Shown here piece after piece: positions 10,054 to 18,053 of a DNA stretch of 39,108 nucleotides. The stretch is from an uncultured Rhodospirillaceae bacterium (GTDB taxonomy: Bacteria > Pseudomonadota > Alphaproteobacteria > RF32 > CAG-239), in assembly GCA_900318605.1 (NCBI GenBank), contig ONLJ01000011.1, positions 1 to 39,108 on the forward strand, in the 5' to 3' direction. Position 1 is the stretch's first letter; every line of letters begins with the position of its first letter. Below the pieces are notes generated by a model. The model did not search any database, was not told the DNA's origin, and saw only the letters and a list, made by a program, of their open reading frames with translations. The translations under genes were made by a program, and so were the position numbers.

Positions 10054-10689
10054 ATGCTGAAAAATATATTATGGGATAATGACGGCACACTGATAGATAC
10101 AGCAACTCTGTTCTGCGATGCCAACAGAGTTGCTTTATTATCAAAAAACATCTTAATGGATGAAAAACTTTTTGTAAAAATCTCGCAAAAACAGGGCAAA
10201 AGTATTTTAGAATATTATGCTCTCAAAAACTCGTGGAACGAAAAACAATTAAAAGAGTTGTATTTGCTTCGACAATCAAAATATACCGAGATGTTGAAAA
10301 ACGGTGCCGCCTTGAACTATGAAGCATTTAACCTTATCGAATGCTTAAAACAAAAAGGCATAAAAAATTTTATGGTTACCGGATCGAGTAAAAATGAACT
10401 ATTGCTTGAATACTCAAAAAAAAGCGATTTATTGGCACTGTTTGACGATATCATCACCGCAGATGACTGTGACAGGCCTAAACCGCATCCGGATTCTTTG
10501 CTTCTGATAATAAAAAAATGGCACCTTTACAGCAACGATTCGGTTGTCATCGACGACCTGCCGAGAGGAATAATTGCCGCCCGAAAAGCAGGGCTGAAAG
10601 CGATTCGTTATAACCCGTTCGTAAAAAAAAGCAAATACGCAAGTTTTTCAAAACTGTTATATTCGTTGGAAAACATTGCAAACAAATAA
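10054..10689 (+). CDS. HAD-superfamily phosphatase (subfamily IA, beta-phosphoglucomutase-like)
   Basis: Start at ATG 10054, 17 nt after the upstream stop. Motif I WDNDGTLIDT (DxDxT), motif II VTGSS, motif III/IV RPKPHPD and VVIDDLPRGIIAARKAGL. Confidence 0.75.
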   Translation: MLKNILWDNDGTLIDTATLFCDANRVALLSKNILMDEKLFVKISQKQGKSILEYYALKNSWNEKQLKELYLLRQSKYTEMLKNGAALNYEAFNLIECLKQKGIKNFMVTGSSKNELLLEYSKKSDLLALFDDIITADDCDRPKPHPDSLLLIIKKWHLYSNDSVVIDDLPRGIIAARKAGLKAIRYNPFVKKSKYASFSKLLYSLENIANK

Positions 10690-10693
10690 ATGC

Positions 10694-11803
10694 CTAGATA
10701 TGCACCGACTTAAAATTATTGATTTTTGCAATATTTTCAACCGATTTTATAATTTCCTCATTTGCCGATGAAATATAAATATTTCCGGAAATCATATCTA
10801 AAAATTCAGGCAAAAAATCGCCGGTTATTACCTTAAGATTCGGAGAAATAATACCACCGCGATATTGCTGTTTCAGACAAATCAAGACTGCTTTTTCTCC
10901 CCTATTCAAAACCTCTTTCAAATATTTCCGTGTCGAACGATTATACCCGATAAACCAATGATTAAAACACGAAAGATTATTTTTATTTTTTTTACTGTAT
11001 TGAAATTGTTCGAGCATTTTCAGTGTCTTTTTTTTCATGAGTTTCAAATCATCAGGTTGCAGCGTATCTCTCCATTCTCCGACCAAACCTTTTCTGAATA
11101 TTCTCGGTTGATTTTTATCTTTGAGATATTTCATTTCCTCACTTTTTATTTTTGAAAAACGTGAATTTTCGACCGCGTTTTCAATTTCTTTTTTGGTTCG
11201 TTTGATTTTGAGACTTTTCAATAAGTTCTTTATTGTTTTCAGCGGATTGAATTTTAAGTCTTCGTATTTGACCAAACAGAGTTGATGTCCTGCCTCGTTC
11301 CCCCATTCAATCCATTTTTCAATATAAGATGTCCAATCATCAAAAGGTTTTTTACCGTAAAATCCCTTTGTATTCAAAAAATCGCTTAAACTTCCCTTCT
11401 CATCGGAAAATCCCCTGCGCCAATTATAATATGAAATAACCGCATCTCTGGCATCTCTTACCAAAAGCACGGCTGTATGAGGTTTGGCATTAACATAACT
11501 TTCGGGATAAAAATGAGTTTTAAAAAAACGAACTTCTCTCGATTTTTCTATCACATATTTTTCTTCAAGTTGTCTCCAATGCTTGCGCCACAAAGGCAAA
11601 ACGACATCGGTTTTTCTTTTATTTTCGGAAATTTTTTCCTGATATCCTTCAATATAATCAAGCCCCAATTCCAGCAATATTCCTCCCATCAAAGAACTTC
11701 CCGAACCTAAATAGCTGGCAAGTATCACATCATCGCTTTCAAGCTTTTTTATATTTTCCGTTGCCAATTTCAAATCAGCATCTTTTTCTGAACCCGACAT
11801 CAA
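10694..11803 (-). CDS. Sulfotransferase-fold (Sulfotransfer_1-like) protein with an atypical 5'-PSB loop and a ~100-aa C-terminal extension
   Basis: 3'-phosphate-binding motif VLLVRDARDAVISYYNW, catalytic-His region FFKTHFYP, YEDLKFNP, and C-terminal FRKGLVGEWRD. The PSB loop reads SYLGSGSSLMG instead of PKSGTTW. The start overlaps the stop of the upstream gene (11800-11803). Confidence 0.75.
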   Translation of the reverse strand: MMSGSEKDADLKLATENIKKLESDDVILASYLGSGSSLMGGILLELGLDYIEGYQEKISENKRKTDVVLPLWRKHWRQLEEKYVIEKSREVRFFKTHFYPESYVNAKPHTAVLLVRDARDAVISYYNWRRGFSDEKGSLSDFLNTKGFYGKKPFDDWTSYIEKWIEWGNEAGHQLCLVKYEDLKFNPLKTIKNLLKSLKIKRTKKEIENAVENSRFSKIKSEEMKYLKDKNQPRIFRKGLVGEWRDTLQPDDLKLMKKKTLKMLEQFQYSKKNKNNLSCFNHWFIGYNRSTRKYLKEVLNRGEKAVLICLKQQYRGGIISPNLKVITGDFLPEFLDMISGNIYISSANEEIIKSVENIAKINNFKSVHI

Positions 11804-12564
11804 AATACTCCGTTATAAAATTTATTGCTCTCATATTTATTTAAATCTTCAATCGTATCAACTTCAATCCAACCGCCGTGAACAATCACGCCTTTAATCG
11901 GATTTCCGGCATTTATCAGATGTTGTAAAAATGTCGTCATATACATATTTTGATATGTTTTTCCGTCATAATCGGCAAACTTATTCATACTTTTATAAAA
12001 GCTGATAATTTCAGGAAGAACATTTTTTTTAAATTTCGTTAATCCGATATATTGCGCTTGTATTCGTGCATAATCTTTCGTTTTTTTCCCGAGTTCCAAA
12101 ATATTATTTTCTTCGGAAAGTATTAAACTCTCAGCATCATCAAGCGGATTATCCATACGAAATCGCCATAATTTTTCCCAATTTTTATCCACTATTGTTG
12201 CAATATTTGCCTCGGAGTTTATCAGTTTTTCCAAGTTATCGAAAGTATAAACAATATCGGAATATGAAACAATCACATCATCATTCAACTCGTTTTCACA
12301 AGAAAACAATGTAGTAACCATATTTGATTTTTCATAATTTTCGGCAAAATATACCTTAACATTTGAACCGGATAAATGCTCTTTTAAGACATCGAATTTA
12401 TATCCGCCGATAACAACAATATCGGAAATACCGTTTTTCTTAAATCTTTCGATAATGATGTCAATCAGAGGTTTTCCGTTCAGTAATACCATACATTTCG
12501 GCACCTCATTTGTCAGAGGTCGCAAACGATTTCCCTGTCCTGCCGCTAAAATAATTGCTTTCAT
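11800..12564 (-). CDS. Nucleotidyltransferase; Cj1416-like CTP:phosphoglutamine cytidylyltransferase candidate
   Basis: 254 aa with the N-terminal NTP-transferase signature MKAIILAAGQGNRLRPLTNEVPKCMV. 4-nt overlaps at both ends. Sits in the context of the three other phosphoramidate-pathway families. Confidence 0.7.
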   Translation of the reverse strand: MKAIILAAGQGNRLRPLTNEVPKCMVLLNGKPLIDIIIERFKKNGISDIVVIGGYKFDVLKEHLSGSNVKVYFAENYEKSNMVTTLFSCENELNDDVIVSYSDIVYTFDNLEKLINSEANIATIVDKNWEKLWRFRMDNPLDDAESLILSEENNILELGKKTKDYARIQAQYIGLTKFKKNVLPEIISFYKSMNKFADYDGKTYQNMYMTTFLQHLINAGNPIKGVIVHGGWIEVDTIEDLNKYESNKFYNGVF

Positions 12565-13175
12565 TTTTCGTTTTTCCCTTCAAAAATTTTTTGGAATAAT
12601 TTTATATCTTCGAGTTGAAAAATTTTTTCTCTTTCCGGATGCCACATAACAGCATAAATGCTTTTATATTTATGATGAAACGCTTCGATAATACCGTCAA
12701 ATGAAACATAATCCGCCTCAAAATCTTCAGGAATGTTTTTAACTGCATAATTATGAAAAGAATTGACCGATCTTCTTAAATTCTCTCCGCGGATTTCGTG
12801 AGATATCGCCACATGATTTTTAACCGATTGCAATGAGCCTCCGAAAAAATTGTTTATTTGCTGCATTCCGTGGCATACCCCGATAACCGGCATATTCGCT
12901 TTGATTGCTTCTTGAAGCAATTTTTTTTCAAATGTATCTCTGATTTTATTGACCTCTTCGGAACTGACGGAAAAAAGGTCATTTCCACCGGAAAGCACGA
13001 TTCCCGATATTTCCATTTTTTGCAAAAACTGCAGAATATCATGTTTTACAGATATCGGAATCAAAAAGAATCCGCAACTTTTCATAAACTCATACCATCT
13101 CACATCGAGAGATTCTCTTATTTCCCGACCGTCATATTCACTTGATATTCTTTGAGTAATGGCAATATTTATCAT
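12561..13175 (-). CDS. Class I glutamine amidotransferase / peptidase C26; Cj1417-like gamma-glutamyl-CDP-amidate hydrolase candidate
   Basis: 204 aa with the nucleophile elbow PVIGVCHGMQQIN and a His-Glu pair in VMWHPERE. 4-nt overlaps with both neighbours. Confidence 0.7.
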   Translation of the reverse strand: MINIAITQRISSEYDGREIRESLDVRWYEFMKSCGFFLIPISVKHDILQFLQKMEISGIVLSGGNDLFSVSSEEVNKIRDTFEKKLLQEAIKANMPVIGVCHGMQQINNFFGGSLQSVKNHVAISHEIRGENLRRSVNSFHNYAVKNIPEDFEADYVSFDGIIEAFHHKYKSIYAVMWHPEREKIFQLEDIKLFQKIFEGKNEK

Positions 13176-15514
13176 CTGATTATCCTTAACTGTTTATTTA
13201 ATGCATCTATTTCGATAAATTCAGCTTTTCGCAGCTCATTAAACCGTTTTTCTCCGATACCTATTACGGCAGGAATATTTTGTTCCATACAGCGAATAGC
13301 CATATGTGAATTAGCCCCGCCGAATTGAGTAATCAGTCCGGCAATATTTTTGGTAAAAATAAAATCATATCCCGGATCAGCCGCTCTGATACAAATAATC
13401 TTATTTTGACAATCAGCATTATGTATTTCTTCTTCACAAATCACTTTAGCTTTAACTTTTCTCTGAGTTACATAATTAGGAATATTTTCATTCTGCTCAA
13501 AGCAAAAAATATCTTTTGCCGAACAGAAAACTTCCGGAAGTTTAACGTATTTGGTATAATAATAATTTATTTTACTTTGGTTGATTTTATTTTGCAAAAA
13601 CTCTTTTTTTTCTTTCACTGTTTCAAAATGTTCAAGCAAATCATAAATCGAAACGTATGATATATCTTCTTTTGAAATTGATAAAGAATGAGCATATTCC
13701 CCAATCAGGAGCAATATATGACTCAAGATTTTTGTGAATATAAATTTACTTTTATCCCGCCACAAAATACTGTCTTCTATGCAATTTAGCAAGTATTTGG
13801 CAGAAAAATTAAGACCTTCCCGTACCAATAACTCATCAATTTTTTGCAGTTGTTTTTGCGTGAAAGAATTTTTTTTCAGAGGTTTTTCAGCAATCGAACT
13901 TGATGTTGACATATTGAAATACGAATTAAAATCTTCATCATATCTCAATGAAAGAATATCATAAGAACTCGGCCGCAAATGTCCCCATTTTTCCAAAAAT
14001 TTTTTTTGAGTTATTTTTTTGTTTCTGAGTTTAACAATATCGAATTGTATTTCTTCGGAAATTATGGGAATCGAACAAATAAAATCATTGTACTGTTGCA
14101 AAGTTATAATTTTCTTTTCCAAAAACGAATCCAAAAATTGTTTTCCGATAAAAGCTGTTCTGGCAATCCCCGCAAACGGCAATGTTCCGAATTTTTTGCA
14201 CGCTTCAAGCAACTCTTTTGTTTTTTCTTCAAAACTCATTTTTTTTGCAAACAACAATTTGCAATTTTCCTGCAATTTTTGCACTGAAAGAATGTCTTTT
14301 TTATACAGCGGAACCGGATAATTAAAAACACTGTTTGTTATTTTTCTCAAAGAACTTAAAAACTCGTTGATTTGCTTTGGCGACAATAAATCGGAAAATT
14401 TTTCCTTAATATTATCGCCGGAAGTTAACGTTGCTGCCGTAAATAAAATGCTGAATTCAGCTTTATCATGCAATTCAGGATTTTTTTCCAAAGCCCTTAA
14501 ATAATAATCCGTAATCTTGCGAGATGTCTTTTTGCTTAAATCGGACGGAATAAAAGAATTAAAATCCGTTCTCACATCAATATACGGACATCCCATAAAA
14601 GAATGAAGCAAACGATAAGGTGCCACATTTTTATAACCGTAATTTTTACGCTGGATTGCCCAGATATCATCGGTTATCAGGGCTTTATATAATGACAAAG
14701 CCAACGGATTCGGACATGTACCGATCATTTCGGCAGGATTCCAATCCGTCATCATGCTGAATATATTACCTTTACCGTCCAACTTATTTTTTCTGCTGTT
14801 ATTTTTGATTTCCTGATAAAGTAATTTCAATTTATCAAAAAAAAGTTCATCTGATATTTTTTCTCTTGTAAAAGAACTCTGGACAATCAGCGGTCGAACT
14901 TGAAAAATGTACAATTTTTTTTGCTTATCAAAGGCAAATTCAATATCCAATGTATCGGAATCATAAATACGTTCTATTTCTTTTACAGCAGATAATAACG
15001 ATTTTATCGGCAACTCTCCCGACAATTTATTCAATTTAACAGACCGTGAAATAACTATGGTTTTTCCCTGTCCCGAACCGGACGTAATCGTATTTGTCTT
15101 ACCGTCATTGGTATAATTGATAATATAATAAGGCGCACCGGTTGCATGATCACGAGTAAACATAACGCCGGAGATCCAAATATCCTTCAGCATCGGTTGG
15201 ATTAAAATTTCATCTTCATCATTGCGATAATCTTTTGTGACAGCGTCAATAGCCTTAACCAAACTTTTTGAATCCGGTTCGACATTCAAAACGGATTTAT
15301 AAACACCGGCATTGGATTGCTCGGCTCGATCTTCGTTATATGCAGATGAGCGAACAATTACCTCAGATTTAAATGCCGATTTAATTTGATTTAAGAAAAA
15401 ATTTTTATTTTTTTTATATTCGGAAAACAAAAAACACAACAAAGGAAGAATTTCAAATTTTTTTGCTTTGTTTTTTAAAAAAATCAGATTTTGCGCCTTT
15501 GAATTTAAAGTCAT
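13172..15514 (-). CDS. ATP-grasp plus phosphohistidine-swivel enzyme; Cj1418-like L-glutamine kinase candidate
   Basis: 780 aa. N-terminal PPDK_N/ATP-grasp signature VIVRSSAYNEDRAEQSNAGVYKSVLNV. The PEP-utilizer mobile-domain His motif (LITQFGGANSHMAIRCMEQNIPAVIG) is at the extreme C-terminus, so there is no PEP/pyruvate-binding TIM-barrel domain as in PpsA/PPDK. Confidence 0.7.
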   Translation of the reverse strand: MTLNSKAQNLIFLKNKAKKFEILPLLCFLFSEYKKNKNFFLNQIKSAFKSEVIVRSSAYNEDRAEQSNAGVYKSVLNVEPDSKSLVKAIDAVTKDYRNDEDEILIQPMLKDIWISGVMFTRDHATGAPYYIINYTNDGKTNTITSGSGQGKTIVISRSVKLNKLSGELPIKSLLSAVKEIERIYDSDTLDIEFAFDKQKKLYIFQVRPLIVQSSFTREKISDELFFDKLKLLYQEIKNNSRKNKLDGKGNIFSMMTDWNPAEMIGTCPNPLALSLYKALITDDIWAIQRKNYGYKNVAPYRLLHSFMGCPYIDVRTDFNSFIPSDLSKKTSRKITDYYLRALEKNPELHDKAEFSILFTAATLTSGDNIKEKFSDLLSPKQINEFLSSLRKITNSVFNYPVPLYKKDILSVQKLQENCKLLFAKKMSFEEKTKELLEACKKFGTLPFAGIARTAFIGKQFLDSFLEKKIITLQQYNDFICSIPIISEEIQFDIVKLRNKKITQKKFLEKWGHLRPSSYDILSLRYDEDFNSYFNMSTSSSIAEKPLKKNSFTQKQLQKIDELLVREGLNFSAKYLLNCIEDSILWRDKSKFIFTKILSHILLLIGEYAHSLSISKEDISYVSIYDLLEHFETVKEKKEFLQNKINQSKINYYYTKYVKLPEVFCSAKDIFCFEQNENIPNYVTQRKVKAKVICEEEIHNADCQNKIICIRAADPGYDFIFTKNIAGLITQFGGANSHMAIRCMEQNIPAVIGIGEKRFNELRKAEFIEIDALNKQLRIIR

Positions 15515-16272
15515 TTTTTACATTTTCCGTTCCATGTTCTGCAAGTATATTTCACAAAAAACTCATCAGGCAGTTTTGCATAAATTTTATCGCATATTCG
15601 ATTGAATATTTTCTCTCCTTCCGGCGTAGCCAAATCCCAATATTTATTCTTAACGCTTTTCCATGCCTTTATGTAGTTTTCCAAGGTCTGCTTAAAATTA
15701 AAATCCATTTCCATATACATTATATCAGTAAAAAGATTCGAATTTTCAATAACTTCGCGTTGGTCTTGTCTTCTGATACCGCGTTCATAATCAGGAATTA
15801 TTTCTTTTATAATTGCTTCAACCTCTTTTTGAAAACCATCATTTAAATCCCGATGATTCCACAAGCAGGAAAAGACGCCGTTTTTTTTCAGGATTCTACC
15901 GGTTTCATGCAAGGCCTTATTTCTATCCAATACATTAAAACTGCTTCCGAAAGCAACTAAATCAAAAGAATCATCAGACAATGTCGTATTATAACCGTCC
16001 GCATCAATCCACGTAATTTGTTTCAAATTTTTCGTTCTTTCTTTTCCGATATCCGACATCGCTTTCGTCGGCTCGACGGCTTTTATAAAACAGGGATATT
16101 TTGCCAATAAAACGCTCAAATTACCGGTTCCGGCACCGATATCGGCAACCTCGAAATTATCAATTAAGGACAAATTCCCGTATTCAATGATGCAATCAAT
16201 AACTTTTTGCGGATAGTTCGGTCTGTATTTATAATACGGGGCTTGAAGCGTATAATCCCAATTTTCGGCCAT
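15511..16272 (-). CDS. Class I SAM-dependent methyltransferase (Cj1419/Cj1420-like candidate)
   Basis: 253 aa with SAM motif I VADIGAGTGNLSVLL and post-I/II motifs AVEPT, FDLVAFGSSFNVL, LKKNGVF. 4-nt overlap with the downstream gene and a 1-nt gap to the upstream gene. Confidence 0.75.
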   Translation of the reverse strand: MAENWDYTLQAPYYKYRPNYPQKVIDCIIEYGNLSLIDNFEVADIGAGTGNLSVLLAKYPCFIKAVEPTKAMSDIGKERTKNLKQITWIDADGYNTTLSDDSFDLVAFGSSFNVLDRNKALHETGRILKKNGVFSCLWNHRDLNDGFQKEVEAIIKEIIPDYERGIRRQDQREVIENSNLFTDIMYMEMDFNFKQTLENYIKAWKSVKNKYWDLATPEGEKIFNRICDKIYAKLPDEFFVKYTCRTWNGKCKK

Positions 16273-16273
16273 T

Positions 16274-16789
16274 TCAGCATTCCTTGACTAAGTCCAGTAT
16301 CATTTCTGCTTTTTTTTCGATATTCCCGTCATCGTTATTATCAATAGTTAAGGATATAAAAGGAGGAAAATCATACTGTTGGTTAATTCCGACAATATTT
16401 TTTGTAGCACCGATATCTTTTTTATACAACCCTTTTTTATCTCTTTGTTTAATTTTTTCGAGGTCGGCAACAATCAATATAACTTTATGGTTGGCGATAT
16501 TTTTCGCATTAAATTCATGAATTTCGGAAAACATTGATATGGTAGCGGCCACAACGTTTATCCCCTGATCCGTCAAAAGTTTGCACAGTCCGGATATTCT
16601 CTTGGCGTTTTGTAATCTTTCCGGCAAAGAATATCCAAGGTCATAATCACACATTTTTCTTACGCAATCGCCGTCAATCAGTACCCAATTTTTTGCCTTT
16701 TGTTTTAACCTATTGTATAAACTTGTAGCGATTGTTGTTTTTCCGACTCCGGAAAAACCGGTAATCCAAATCAGTTGTCCTTTTTGCAT
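16274..16789 (-). CDS. APS-kinase-fold nucleotide 3'-kinase; Cj1415-like cytidine diphosphoramidate kinase candidate
   Basis: 171 aa with P-loop WITGFSGVGKTTIA, then LIDGDCVR and the overall size of CysC-type adenylylsulfate kinases. No ATP sulfurylase gene is nearby. Confidence 0.7.
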   Translation of the reverse strand: MQKGQLIWITGFSGVGKTTIATSLYNRLKQKAKNWVLIDGDCVRKMCDYDLGYSLPERLQNAKRISGLCKLLTDQGINVVAATISMFSEIHEFNAKNIANHKVILIVADLEKIKQRDKKGLYKKDIGATKNIVGINQQYDFPPFISLTIDNNDDGNIEKKAEMILDLVKEC

Positions 16790-16842
16790 TTTACGATACC
16801 TTTTCTGATATTAAAATGACCAATACTCAAAATGACTGATGC

Positions 16843-18042
16843 TTATCGTTCCAGTCCTATTTTAATTTGCGAAACCTTCAAAGCGGCAGGTATTATCTGT
16901 TGAGGTCTGGATAGAAAAGTATATAACTGAACCAAATTTTCCGTTTCCGCAACTTTTTCCAATTTACGATTATAAATTTTATAGCCATTATCCGTAACGA
17001 TAATATTAGTCGGACAAGATAAAAATTGCGAACATTTCTGACGATTGATAACGGACACATTCGTACGGTCATCAACAGCCACGCTAAGCCCCAGACTTTT
17101 CATCCGTTCATAAGTCATATTAGCAAGCGGCTTTAATTTTTGCTGCAACGGAATCACAACATAATCAAAAGGCCTCAAACACTCCGGCAAATTGAAACCG
17201 TATTCATCTCGGTTCGCATCCATTATTGAGAACAAAGTCCTTTGTGTCCCCATACCATAGGTCAAAAACAAAGGTTTTACTTTTTTATTTTCCGAATTTG
17301 TATATTTCAATTTGACCGGTTTATCGGTTGTGTAATGATAATACATTGCTAAGCTGAGAGCTTTTGTTTTTTTGCTTTCATCAATTTGAGGAAGATACAC
17401 ATTTTCCTTTCCGGCCTCGGATAAATAAAAATATTCCGCCATAAGTTTATCGCCGTTATCCTGTTTGTAAAAAGGCAAGCGAAAAGTCGAAAAAATCGAT
17501 TGTGTTAACGAATCAAACATCTCGGAAGATTTAATCAATGAATTCCTGTCGGTATCCACGGAAAAACCTCCAAACATTTTGAATTGTTTCCCTCTTAAGA
17601 AATGCCTCGGATCAGCCATATTGCGATAAAAATTGGTTGAATAAACATATCTCAAAGGCAGTTGAGAGTGCGACAAGTTATTATCCGACAAAACCTTAAT
17701 AAACAAAGGTTCAGGAGTCATCATTAAATGAAATCCCTCCATTTTTCCGGACAGATACATAATTTTGCTTCTGAATTGTTGCCCGATTTCCTGACCCTGT
17801 TCCAAAACATTGTTATCAATAATCGTCGGCGGTTCGATTTGTTCCATACCATAATTGTCAGCTATATCCATCATCGTATTTTCCATATTTCTGACAATCT
17901 TTATACCCAGAGGCGTTAAAAGAGGAATGGCATTAGTATCAAAACAAAACAAAATATCGTTCAACAAATTTTCCGTAGGCTGTTGATTAAACGGCTCACG
18001 CAGATTATAGTTGTTAATATTGATTTGTTTAGATAAAAACAT
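16843..18042 (-). CDS. Class IIa aminoacyl-tRNA synthetase paralogue (ProRS-like catalytic core plus anticodon-binding-like domain, no editing domain)
   Basis: 399 aa. LLTPLGIKIVRNMENTMMDIADNYGMEQIEPPTI (motif 1 region). HLMMTPEPLF...LSHSQLPLRYVYSTNFYRNMADPRHFLRGKQFKMFGGFSV (motif 2 with the Arg retained). LTYGMGTQRTLFSIMD (motif 3, G.G..R). C-terminal FDYVVIPL...GLSVAVDDR resembles a class IIa anticodon-binding domain. Far too divergent from canonical bacterial ProRS to be the housekeeping enzyme. Confidence 0.65.
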   Translation of the reverse strand: MFLSKQININNYNLREPFNQQPTENLLNDILFCFDTNAIPLLTPLGIKIVRNMENTMMDIADNYGMEQIEPPTIIDNNVLEQGQEIGQQFRSKIMYLSGKMEGFHLMMTPEPLFIKVLSDNNLSHSQLPLRYVYSTNFYRNMADPRHFLRGKQFKMFGGFSVDTDRNSLIKSSEMFDSLTQSIFSTFRLPFYKQDNGDKLMAEYFYLSEAGKENVYLPQIDESKKTKALSLAMYYHYTTDKPVKLKYTNSENKKVKPLFLTYGMGTQRTLFSIMDANRDEYGFNLPECLRPFDYVVIPLQQKLKPLANMTYERMKSLGLSVAVDDRTNVSVINRQKCSQFLSCPTNIIVTDNGYKIYNRKLEKVAETENLVQLYTFLSRPQQIIPAALKVSQIKIGLER

Positions 18043-18053
18043 TACTTACATCC

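Noticed and set aside
13172-15514. Calling the 780-aa protein phosphoenolpyruvate synthase or pyruvate phosphate dikinase.
   Set aside because: The phosphohistidine swivel motif is at the extreme C-terminus, so there is no room for the PEP/pyruvate-binding TIM-barrel domain. The neighbours match the Cj1415-1418 set. Rifampin-phosphotransferase-like function remains a formal alternative.
10694-16789. Reading the APS-kinase-fold and sulfotransferase-fold genes as an ordinary PAPS-dependent sulfation pathway.
   Set aside because: No ATP sulfurylase (CysDN/Sat) is present. The kinase is embedded with the Gln-kinase, cytidylyltransferase and amidotransferase trio. The sulfotransferase-fold protein lacks the PSB-loop lysine. 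Sulfation is not excluded, and I keep it as the explicit refutation test.
16843-18042. Annotating the 399-aa class II synthetase homologue as housekeeping proS.
   Set aside because: It is too divergent at near-invariant ProRS positions, and its context is an accessory operon. This can only be settled by finding (or not finding) a canonical proS elsewhere in the genome.
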